A model generated the notes under the pieces. That model did not search any database and was not told where the DNA came from. It saw nothing but the letters and a program-made list of their open reading frames with translations. The position numbers and the translations under genes were made by a program. From Camelus dromedarius (lineage: Eukaryota): a DNA stretch of 64,000 nt. The stretch lies in the NCBI RefSeq assembly GCF_036321535.1, contig NC_087436.1, positions 26,848,001-26,912,000 of the forward strand, written 5' to 3'. Shown in pieces: positions 51,772 through 64,000 of this stretch (position 1 is its first letter; every line of letters begins with the position of its first letter).

Positions 51772-53134
51772 TGTAGCTATAACTAAAGAAAGAAATAGCC
51801 ATATCTTGAGAAGGACTGTAGTTGTGATTTTCTAGACATGGTTTGACTGGGATGAAAAGTGTTTTAACTTTCAAACTTAATTTTATGCATAAATTGAACA
51901 AAGGAGTATAGCTATGTGACAGTATCAGTTATTTGCAGAAATAAAATAGTTCAATAAAATTCATTGCCCATTTTATATAAAATAATTTCAATTCAGTTCA
52001 TTAAAATATTTTTTAGCTTTATGACACTGGCTTGCCATTTTTCTTCTTCCAGTGTCCTTTTCAGCTTTTGGTATCATGAATTCATTGACAAGTGAGCTGA
52101 TAGTATTATCACTATTCCTGTTTTTTGGAAGAATTTTTGAATTTCGAAATTTTTTTGTAAATTTTTATTAGAATTCTCTGTTGAAGCCATAAATGCCTAT
52201 AGTTTCATTGTGGAAAAGGTTTTATTGAAGCCTTCAAATTTCTTGAATAATTAAATAAATATACAGATTCTTTATTTAATTTTGTTTCAATACTTTAAGT
52301 TATATTTTTCAAACAATTTTTCTATGAAATTTTAATGTTCCATTTTTGATGGTATGCTTTTCATAATATTAATTTATTGCCATTTTATTGTCTACAGGAT
52401 TATAATGCCCTCTTTTTTCCTGACAATTATTACTGAATCTTCATTTCTAAAATTTGTATTAATATTACCAAAGAGTTAAATTTCAATAGTCTTTAGGGAG
52501 AACCAATTTTGTCTTCAATGATTATATCTATTTTATGTTTGTTTTTTATTTCATTAATTTTTCTTGTTATCTTTATTATTCTTTCTTCTACTTTCCGTGC
52601 GGTGCTACCTTTTTCTAGTTTTTAGACATATACCCTTAGGTTTTTGATATTGTGCCTTTCTTCTATTATAATATATTCATGGCTATAAATTTCTCTCCTA
52701 AATGGCTTAATTTGTTTAATACAGTTTTGGTTTGTAGTATTTTCCTTACCACCCAGTCCAAGCTATATTCTAATTTTCAGGGTGTTTTCTTCACAGGCAC
52801 ATGAGAATTTATATTAAATATTATTTGTATTACATATAAAGTATGCATTCTACATTTGTTTGTAAACATATCAGGATTTTTGTAGATGTCTTTTAGTTAT
52901 GAATTTCTAGCTTTATTTCTTCTCACTGTCCCTTTTTGCCTTATCTAAAACCTGTATTACTGAAAGCATAAATATTGAGAATTTTCATATATTCTTGGTG
53001 AATAATCTTATCATTATGCCATGTCCCTGTTTATCACTAGTAATGCTCTTTGGCTAAAGCCTTTCTGATCAGTTATTAACACAGCTATACTAGTTGTTTT
53101 GTTGTAGTTATTACGTTATTTTTTGTCTAAATGA

Positions 53135-53645
53135 TTTATCAGTTATCTGTTACTGCGCAACAACTTATTCCAAAACTTAGTGGCTTAAAACAACAATAGT
53201 AATTTATTATTTCTTGCAATTTCTCTAAGGGAGCAGCTTAGCTGGATATTTCTGACTTGAGTGTCACTCAAAAGGTTGCAAGAGGTTAGCTGAGACAACA
53301 GTTATATGCAGGTTTGACTATGGCTGGAGAATATTTTTCAAAAGTGATTCTTTAACATGGTTGGAATGCTGTGCTGGCTCTCGTTGGAGGCCTCTGTTTC
53401 TGCTCAAGTTTGCCTTTCTACAGGTTGCTTAAGTGTACTCATGACATGAAGGCTGCCTTTCTGTAAAGAAAGCCATGTACAAACCTCAACGTATTTTATA
53501 ATCTAGACTCTGACACACTGACATTGAGTCAGAATTCTACAGAGAACACAGATCAGCTCTATTCAGTATGGTATTGCACTGCACAATTCTGTGAATACTA
53601 GGAAGTGAGAACCACTGGGGGCTATTTCAGAGGTTGTCTACCACA
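53135..53645 (-). mobile_element. MaLR LTR, MLT1F-like, nested in the old L1
   Basis: tatcagttatctgttactgc..ccaaaacttagtggcttaaaacaac...gggggctatttcagaggttgtctaccaca. Confidence 0.8.
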
Positions 53646-54988
53646 TGTGGTCTATTTGTTCCTTCATTCTACTTTCAAACTTTCTATGTCTGTACATTTT
53701 ATAGCTATTTCTTATAAATACCATATAGTTTTTACTCCATCTGGCAATTATTTTTCTTTAAATTTTAGCATAAGTCAGTGAAATAGCATTGAACATAATT
53801 TTGGATTTACATTAGTGTAATTCTACCAACTTAGTAGAGATGACTTATTTGTCTTATCTTTTTAATATTTATTTTCCTCTCTCTTTTGGAATAATATATA
53901 TGTTATTATTCCATATTACTCCCATATTAGCTTGGCAGTTTAGTGTTGTGTATATGTGTTCAATTTTTTTTTAATGCTAGTATAAAGAATGCACCATGCT
54001 TCCTTGGCTAAGTAAATTATAATCTTACTTTGTTCTTTTATTGTTCCCCTAAAAAACACAATTTTAATAGATTTTTTTAAACTCCATTTACTAGAGTTTT
54101 TAAATTACATGCAATTATTTTGGTGATTTTAATTCTAACATATGTGTTTCTTATTTCATCCAGTTAACATTCCCTTAGATTAGATTGTATATTTACCTCT
54201 TATAACTCTTCATTTCTTTCTGCTTCTCTGTGCTACCATCTGGAGAATATTCTTTTTCTTAAGTTACACCATTCAATATTTCTTTTTTCTGTGCCTGTTG
54301 GTGCAAATTCTCTAAACTTCTCTTTCCCTAAAACTGACTTTTTTCACTTACATTATCATAAAATATTTTGTGCTGAGTTTATATTTAAAAGTTGGCAGTG
54401 TAATTTCTTTAGATTTTTAATGCATCATCCCTTTATATTATAACTTTAATTTTTTTTCTATTACTATTATTTGTGTGGCAGCTGGAAGTCTAATTATTGT
54501 CCCTATAAAAGTAATTAGTTTTAATTCCTGATTATTCATGAGATTTTCTTCATGTTTTTACTTTTCAACAGTTTCATTCTGATGTGCCTTGTTAAGACAT
54601 TTCTGTTACTTTATGGTGGGTCTTCTTTTGAAGTCTGGGCCTGAAGAGTCCATTTCGCCCCTGTAGATTTGTTTCTATTGCCTCTTTTAACTCCTGATTT
54701 GGACCATGGTGCATTTGCCTAGTTCTATTTGATTGAGTGTCTAAAACTGTATACAAGAAAGTATAGAAATAAGAAGAGGAATAGGATAGTATAATTTTTC
54801 TTAAGAAAGGATTTACATTTGTTCCCTGGGATCTTTATTTGAATTCCAGAAAAAAGGTAAACTTAATTTCCCCTCAAGGGCTGTCTACTTCCTGCAACAG
54901 TTGATCTCTAAGTGTAAACCCTCAGGGTCCAAATGTAAATTAAGAGAAATTAAATTAGTTCTACTTTCTTTGACACATTCTACCTGAA

Positions 54989-54990
<2 letters not shown>

Positions 54991-55038
<48 letters not shown>
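54991..55038. repeat. (TG)24 microsatellite
   Basis: Direct reading. Confidence 0.97.
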
Positions 55039-55042
<4 letters not shown>

Positions 55043-55155
55043 ATTTTGGGTCTGAGTCTCTCAAAAGCACTTTTCACATTATTATCCTAACAGACATTTC
55101 TTTGAGAACTGACAGACCCATTTAGGGAAAAAGATGTTCCAAAATACCTGGCTAC

Positions 55156-56441
<1,286 letters not shown>

Positions 56442-59289
56442 GTGGCTAAACTATCATTTTTCAATCTCCAGAATCTCTGTCTTACATTTTTCCCATTGTT
56501 TCATTGGGTCTTTGATATTACGTACATGTAAATATATATATATATATATATATTTTTTTTTCCAGCTTTTCTCTGCCATAGTGGGTGGTTGCCAGAATTA
56601 CCTAACCCAATATTATTTTACCTTACTCTACTGAAGAAATAATTAGCTGTCTCATATAGGTTGTTTGATATTATCAATATGTTTTCTTTTAAATAAATGT
56701 GCTTACTTCTTCCTATTTAATATATACGTTAAATATTGTCAAATTAAGTGATTTTGCTGAATTTAAAACAAATTAGAAATATAAACTGGAAAATTTTAGA
56801 TTCAGAGTGTCACAGAAATACATTATGATTTAATTTAATTACTTATTTGAATAACTTTAAAAGGAGACTACAAATATCTGAGTATTTTTCACCAATTTAT
56901 ATGACTGTATTAAAATGTGATGAAATATTTTATACAATTATAATATAAAATCATTAAGGTTAGAAATATTTTTCATAATATTATGATCTTGCTATCACCT
57001 ACCATAAAATTCATTTTCCAAATTCAGTTATCAATCAATAAAAATAATTTAAATAATATCTTAGTGGTAGATTAAAAAACTATTACACGTTACTTAACAT
57101 TAACTATTCTGTCACAGATTTTGGCTGTAAATCTAACTATTAAGAAATCTTAGCACATATATAGTATAAAAATATCATGTACCGAAATTCATCACATATT
57201 GAAGTATATTTAGCCATCAATACCATTTCACAGAACATCGTCTAATATTTTTCCTATTTTTCCCTACTATCTGTAAACTATGGATATGATAAACAAGCAA
57301 ACACTTGTTAACTAATTGTGTTGGAAACACCACACATCAACTTAATTTAATTACTAATTAAGTCCAATCCAAATGGAAAGATTATGAAAGAAAGAGGAAA
57401 ATAATGATCTTTTGGTCAAAACATGTTTTCTTCTTTAAGGTGTCTGTTAAAAGACAAAAATCAGTGCAAGCCGTTAGTGAATAAAATTCTCATGATGAAT
57501 TATGATATGTAAAACTAAGCATCTTAGGTATAACATTGAAGCTTCTGCTGTATAAGTTAACTTTTTTCTTTTCTAAAAAATACACTTTGTAAAACGATGT
57601 TTTAAGTTACTTGAGTATCATTCAGTGTCACAGTGCATATGGTCAGTATAACACAGGATTTCTACTACAAATATCCCCGTAAAGCATTCCGGCCAGAAAT
57701 TGGTAGAAGTAAGTATTTCGGATAGAATATTGGTATAGCGAATCTGCCACATATTATAGATTATAAACGTTTTTATCGTTCTACCTCTATTTGCTCACTT
57801 GTGATTGAGTTATTATGGAAACACAGATTTCCTAAATGTATAAAATAAGAATGAATTTATAGATCAAGTCTAGGAGTTTGATGATTACTATGTATGTAAT
57901 CTTTACTTCAAAGAAGGGAACCAAATTTGTACATGCACTTAGTATAATGATATCTTGAAGCAAAGAGCTATTTTCATACCACATTACATAATAGACTAGG
58001 TGTGAAATTAGTTTTATGGTGAATGTATACCCTGAAGGTTGTTAGCTTTTTATTATGTACAGCTTTTTGTACACTGGATGCATTAGCATTTCTTTTTATA
58101 GATAACAAAATTGATATGTTTAAATGAATGACTAACTCTTAAAGTGCACTCACCATTTCCTATGAACCCAAATACTAATTCCACTTTTATTTTGCAATTA
58201 TAACTCAAAAAGACATTTGCTTCCAGGTCAGCCACACATGTACTTTGTATAATTTAAAGATGAAGTGAAAATAGGAAAGTCTACATTTTCCAAGAGAAGT
58301 ACTGTGAGAAAACAAATACACATACACAAAACTATATAGTCATAAACACTTTGTATCTTGAATCTAGTTCAGTTTTTGAAGAATCTAAAGATGTGGATAA
58401 AATTGTGTGTGATCAACTCTAAGTTGAAATGATAAAAAATAAACTACGAACATCTGTATGAACTAATTTGGCAGCAAGCAACTGAGGGCCGTGTATGTTT
58501 CCTTTTCTCCAAATTGAGCTGTTAGGTTACTGCATGACAATGGTAACCAAAAAAGAAACATAGGATGAAAAATATACTTCTCTTATTCATGGATCTTTTG
58601 GGAGCTATAGAATTTAATTTTGTTTGTTTGCTTGTTTTTATTCAAAGATGACAATAGGAACTATGTAAAATGTAAGATTTTTTACTTTTCTTACCATTTC
58701 ATACCTGTTAAAAGAATTAATAAAATTGTGTTTAAAAGTATAAATATAACCAATCTCAATATTTCCTATGTGTGGGTTTTGTAAACATTTAGCACCTAGG
58801 GATAAGAATTAGATATTTTTAATTCTATAGTGCCCTTATACTGGAAGATGCTATTATATTCCTAAATTTTATCTTTAAAGTAGTTAATTTATTTCAAAGC
58901 AAATGAAACCCTAATTGGAAAGAAAGGAATCGGTAAAGAGATTAGGTGTGTACCATCATGAATATATATGCTATTGAAATAATGCCATTAAATTAGATCT
59001 AGCTTTCATTTCTCCTGAATGTCATTCAGGTAAAATTTGCTGTAAAGAAGTGACACATATGGTCAGGATTTTTTTTCCTAAAGCAGTTTTTCCAATATAA
59101 TGCATAATCTTTACTATCTTTTCAATTATCTTACAGGGAGATTTAAAAATTTAGGGCACTCAAAATACATTTTACTTTACCCCAGATAACCAGAGAATTA
59201 TTCCAATCCACTCCCAGATATCTGTTTTCATTCATTAAAAAATCACTTATCACATTAGTTATCATCAACCAAAAAATGCACAAAGGAGG

Positions 59290-59495
59290 AATAACTAAGG
59301 CTTCCTGAATTCTTAATTTGTGTCAGTCACTGGGATAAACACTTTAGGTAAATTGTCTAATTTTTGTCATCAAAAATTAGAAACAGGTACCATAAGTGTT
59401 TTTATTTCATACATAAGGCAACTGAGGCTTAGTGAAGTTAAGTAACTTGCCAAAAATCACATGACCAGTATGTGGTAGAAAAAGATATGAAAGCT
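59290..59495 (-). mobile_element. MIR SINE
   Basis: ataaggcaactgaggcttagtgaagttaagtaacttgccaaaaatcacatg. Confidence 0.7.
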
Positions 59496-62374
59496 TTTAC
59501 AGACTGTATGATGCTGATAGCAGTATAAACTCAAAGTAGAAAGTCCAATGAAAAAAGAGTAGTAAAGAAATAAATATGAAAGTTACTAAAAGGGCAAAGT
59601 AAGATTCATTGTACTTCTTTGAATGAGATTTTATCCCTTCTCGAAATAATTCACTTTTTAAATGTTGTGCAATTAAAGGATAAGAATAATAAGTGTAATA
59701 TTCAAAAATATGCAAAAGCATATTTAAGAAGGTCAGTTAAATATGCTTATTACCAACATTTGTTTATACAGTCTGAGAACAATGTCAGTAATAACTCTTC
59801 ACAGCAGAAATTTAATTGATTATTTGCATCTCTCTGAAATGCATTTTTATATCTGCAATATTCACAAAAGTAATATGTCAGAATTATCTTGAAATCCTTT
59901 AAAATATAATAGCATGAATAATTTATCCCTACTTAAAAATTGTGGTAGGGTAATACTAATCAATACAGAACACAATCAGTATTTACACTGTTGTGTTAGG
60001 ATAATAGTGATAAATACAGAAAACAGATCACAGTCCTTTCTTAACTTCCAAGTACACCTGTCAACAATAAACTACAGAAATGAATGACCATGTTAAATTT
60101 ACGTACACTCTTGGCCCTCAAATCATTTTTCTAAATCTTCAATTGTGTAAGTTAATTTAATCTGATTTTAAGCCACAGAAACTGCTTTGTCCAACTGAGC
60201 CAAAAGAGATTCACTGGAAATATATGGGATGTATCTAAAGAAAACAACAGACTTTAATAGAGGACCACTCATCTAAATAGCAAGAGCTTAGCAAATTCCA
60301 ACTTTGAGAGCCTCTGATAGAACTGGAGCTCCTCAGTGGGAGAGATAGGGTAGAGTAATGTAATACTCACTGAAGTTTCATAAATACTGTCTACCATAAG
60401 GAAGAGGGGTTTCACCAAATGAAAATCAGGGTAATATCAAGAAAGGAAAAGTTAGTAAATGGAATGCCCACACATAAGTTAGCCAATACATCTATTCATC
60501 TAACTGTAATTTTTTTTTCAAACTAGTTAAAGCTAACACAGCTAGTCTATTATCAAGCATTTCTCATTCATTGTATATTTGGCAACAAGAAAATCATCTT
60601 TAAAATTAAGCTACGAGGAATGTGAAAATCACGTCTTCTCAGTTAAATAATTATATCCATATATTTATTTCAAATAAATTTAATGCTTACTGAGATTTCC
60701 AATAATATCTAATCATAAATATGATGTTAAATACATTAAATTTCAGAGCCATAAACCTTGAGATCTACCTTTTTTTTGTGTGAATTTGATACCTTATTTC
60801 ACCATCATATCTACGAGCACACATTGAGTACAGGTCTGTTTTTTGTTTCTTGCTTATGTTTCTTGTTCTCTAACACATCCTTAATTTTTCTCCTTGTTAT
60901 AATATATTTTAATAATTAAAATTATATATAATATATGTCAGTTAAGTACTCGATCAACTCACTGATAAAAAAGAATGTGATCAATTTGGATGTTATATTT
61001 AATGGATGTGTTATAAATTAGATATAATGGCCAAAGCTAGTTTCTAAGTTTCACATAGACTATATCCTTATGAATGTCAAAAGTGTATCAATATAAAAAT
61101 CAATTACTCTTTTGCTGAAATATATTAAAAATTGCAAAACACAGAGGTTACAATTACTGCAAATTATACTTCACTTCTAGAGAACAGTAGTTTACAAATT
61201 TTAATGATTTCAAAAATTTATTTAGAGGTTATTGTGTGAGAAAAAACTAAACTTGACATTGCCATTCCCAGCTGAAGTCTTAGCAGTAATATATAATGTT
61301 CAGGGTGCAGTACATTTCAGGACTATACAAATGATACATATTCATTTGAAAGTTATCATCTCTGGGGTAAAATATTTTTAATAATGTGAAGTTCAGTGTT
61401 TATTTTACTTATTTAATCTTAAATAACTTAAGGTGACAATTTCCATATTGTTAGCTGATTTTAGCTTCCATTTTAATAAAAGAAACAGTGTGAACAAAAT
61501 GTAAATTTTGATGCTGAAACAGAAGAAATAAAACAACTATAAACTTTCATTTATTAAGTTGAGAATATTTATCTGAAATTAATATAATAATTCTGCTTCA
61601 TTTACCTGGCATCATTGGTGAATAAGCTATTTCACAAACATGAATTATCCAAATGACTGAAATTCTCCCAGTTACTAACTGAAAATTTCATTATAAGTGT
61701 TCTGTTAGAAATCCTTCAATAACTTATGACACACTTTTCTGACTCATTTTATAGTAGAGTGAATATAATTTAGCCTTTTCTTGTTGATTCAATCAATCAT
61801 TTTAAATGCTATTCATTTATTCATTTACTGAATGCCCACTAATTCAAAATCTGCAAAGGACTGGGACTCAAAGGATGGATCTCAAACATTAACTGCCTAC
61901 TGAAAGCCACTGGGATCATAGGTAGCTAAAATAGTTTTACCTTCCCTTATAACAGGCCCCCTTACAAGGAGGGGTTGGATTTTTTCCTTTTGATTCCTTC
62001 AAGGATCTGCATAGTTGCTCCTCAATTTTAGCATAAACAAAAACATTAGCTTTTAAAATTCATGTTGCAATGCCATCTCCCTGAGAACTGAAATCCTATC
62101 TTGATCCCATACCTAGGACTCTTTTGCAATTTCCATGGTCACCTAGATTATGGAAACATTGTTTTATAAATGTTGTCATGAAATTAAAATATTAAGAATT
62201 AGTATGCTGTGTAAATTTATTTTTCCTTCCCTTAAATTTCACATTAACTTTTATTTCAGGAATTCCATGTTTCTAAGGGATCTTCTCTCACATTTCTTAA
62301 GTGAGTCATTACTCTTTATGTTCTGCCAAATCATGAGTAATCTTCATCTTATATATTGTCTAGGACAGGGTAAT

Positions 62375-62914
62375 TAGGCACTTGGCGTTCATCACAAATC
62401 TTTTTTTTTTATGAGCCTTTCTACAATGGAAAGACCTAAAAGCTCAACAGTCCCAAGACTCCCTTACAGCTAGTGCTATGGATAAAGCTCAGGTTCAAAA
62501 AACTGCACACACCAGAGTAAGCTGTGAAGTCACTGCTTTGGTCGTGTGTGTGTGTGTGCGCGCGCGCGCGCGTGTGTGTTTTCCTGAAGCTGACATTCAG
62601 TGCCTGGCTTCTGATTTTTCCATTTGAGGGACAAGTAGGTACAGCAGCTCTGACATCTTGGTTCTAGGCAGTTACAATGGTGGCATTTTCCTGACTAGCC
62701 TCCTGAGTACAACTAAGGTGTTATGTGATATCTGTATTCCATTGGCAGCCCCTGATTCTTCATTGAGCGAATTCTGCTACATATTGGTAGTAACTTATGA
62801 ATGCTCAGCTCAGGCGCAGTTGCACTAGCTCCTGCAATGGTTGGTAAAAATTAATTTACTCTCTGCTTAAAATCAATCTAGGTTTCTATTTCCTGTACTG
62901 AACCCTGACTGACA
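62375..62914 (+). mobile_element. ERVL-class LTR, family uncertain
   Basis: gactcccttacagctag.., tctctgcttaaaatcaatctaggtttct, terminus gaaccctgactgaca. Confidence 0.55.
62543..62579. repeat. Compound (TG)7(CG)7(TG)3 alternating purine-pyrimidine tract
   Basis: Direct reading: cg(tg)7(cg)7(tg)3t. Confidence 0.95.
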
Positions 62915-64000
62915 TTCATAAAATTTCAGATCTCTTAAAGCAATATGATAAAAATGGATAAAGTAAGAATACATAAGCTTTATGGCAACTAGTTTCCAAG
63001 ACTAGTAGTTTTTATTTATTTTTGAATTTATGTATTTTTAAAATTCTATTATTTTTGGTTCATTCATATGCTGCAGATGGATAAAATAACCTGAATTGCA
63101 CCTTTAACTCAAAAATAGCAGTTACTAAAAGTAAAAGCAAACACTGGGAAAATATTCTCCTGGGAAAGGAGTAGCTTGCTGGTACTGGTAGGCAGAAGGA
63201 GTAAAGAAATGAAATTTTGAAGTGTAGGGCAGAAAATTTCAGAATAACTTTCAATTCACCAGTTCATGTAAAATTCTTAAAGGCTCAGACCCCACTCTGC
63301 CTGTGAAATTGGAAACTCTATTTTAGTATAAGGGGAAAAGAAAATTCATGAACATGGAGCCAATGACCACTACAGACTGGAAAATAACATAGGGAAATAA
63401 GAAAAAACAAGGTAATAAGACCCTGATTAAAGACTGTATTTGAAGTGTATATAGACTTGACACATGCTTACGAATCTACATCAGTTTTGTTATCTCTCTT
63501 GTTTTAAAAAAAAAAAAAACTATTTTATTCTCAATTGAACTTGACCAGAACTGACATAACATCAATTTCCTGGGTTCTTTAGTAACTAGGAGCAGAGATT
63601 AAACTCCTGATCCCAAGAGAAGATTGAATTCACTAAAAGAATCAACTGCAACTATAATAGACTCATCAAAATCTGTGGCAAATGTCCATGAAAATAATCG
63701 TTTCAAGTTTAAAGAATAAAGACATGCTTGCAATGGATCAGAGATAATGACCTTATTGGGAGCTGAAGGACACTGGTGTTTGTTGGGAAATGTAATGGCT
63801 GGGGAGCCCTGAGTTCCTCCCAAGAACTGTCCATCTTGAACTTTCAAGACTGTCACTAAAGTCATAGGGATACAGGGGATTTGTTTTATTTTGTTTTACT
63901 TTTAGTTTTGTTTGTTTTTTGATCTAGTTTAAGTTTCCTTTTAGTAGTTATAAGAAATGTATTAAGTAACCTAAGACCTTATGTTCCTTTTTATTATATC

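Larger units (their letters stand above)
52050..55150 (-). mobile_element. Ancient L1 (L1ME-like), antisense, fragmented
   Basis: T-rich strand with gaattctctgttgaagccat, ggctataaatttctctc, ttatcattatgccatgtccctgtttatc, ggtgcaaattctct; appears to resume briefly after the GAPDH retrocopy. Confidence 0.55.

Overview
AT-rich, CpG-poor mammalian non-coding DNA (gene desert or large intron). It is probably camelid, judged from a Vic-1-like tRNA-derived SINE and the L1 3' ends; I saw no Alu, Bov-A or PRE1-type SINEs. I find no intact protein-coding gene, RNA gene, CRISPR array or prokaryote-type system, and no evidence for a new biological system. The window is a stack of transposon fossils (L1, MaLR/ERVL LTRs, MIR, MER DNA transposons) plus a full-length GAPDH processed pseudogene (55156-56441). 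The best non-obvious signals come from manual translation and alignment. (1) A ~2.2 kb decayed Gypsy-type pol (RT-RNaseH-integrase) at ~812-3010, split by an MLT1 LTR and not apparent from the ORF track. (2) A decayed ERVL gag-protease segment at ~31292-32170. (3) A young solo LTR with a perfect 6-bp target-site duplication (TSD) at 9580-10198. (4) A 155-bp locally templated duplication with microhomology junctions (36871-37025 copied to 38570-38726). (5) A collapsed L1 5'UTR/ORF2 chimera at ~30040-31155. Repeat subfamily names come from remembered consensus motifs, not a search, and boundaries of old elements are approximate.
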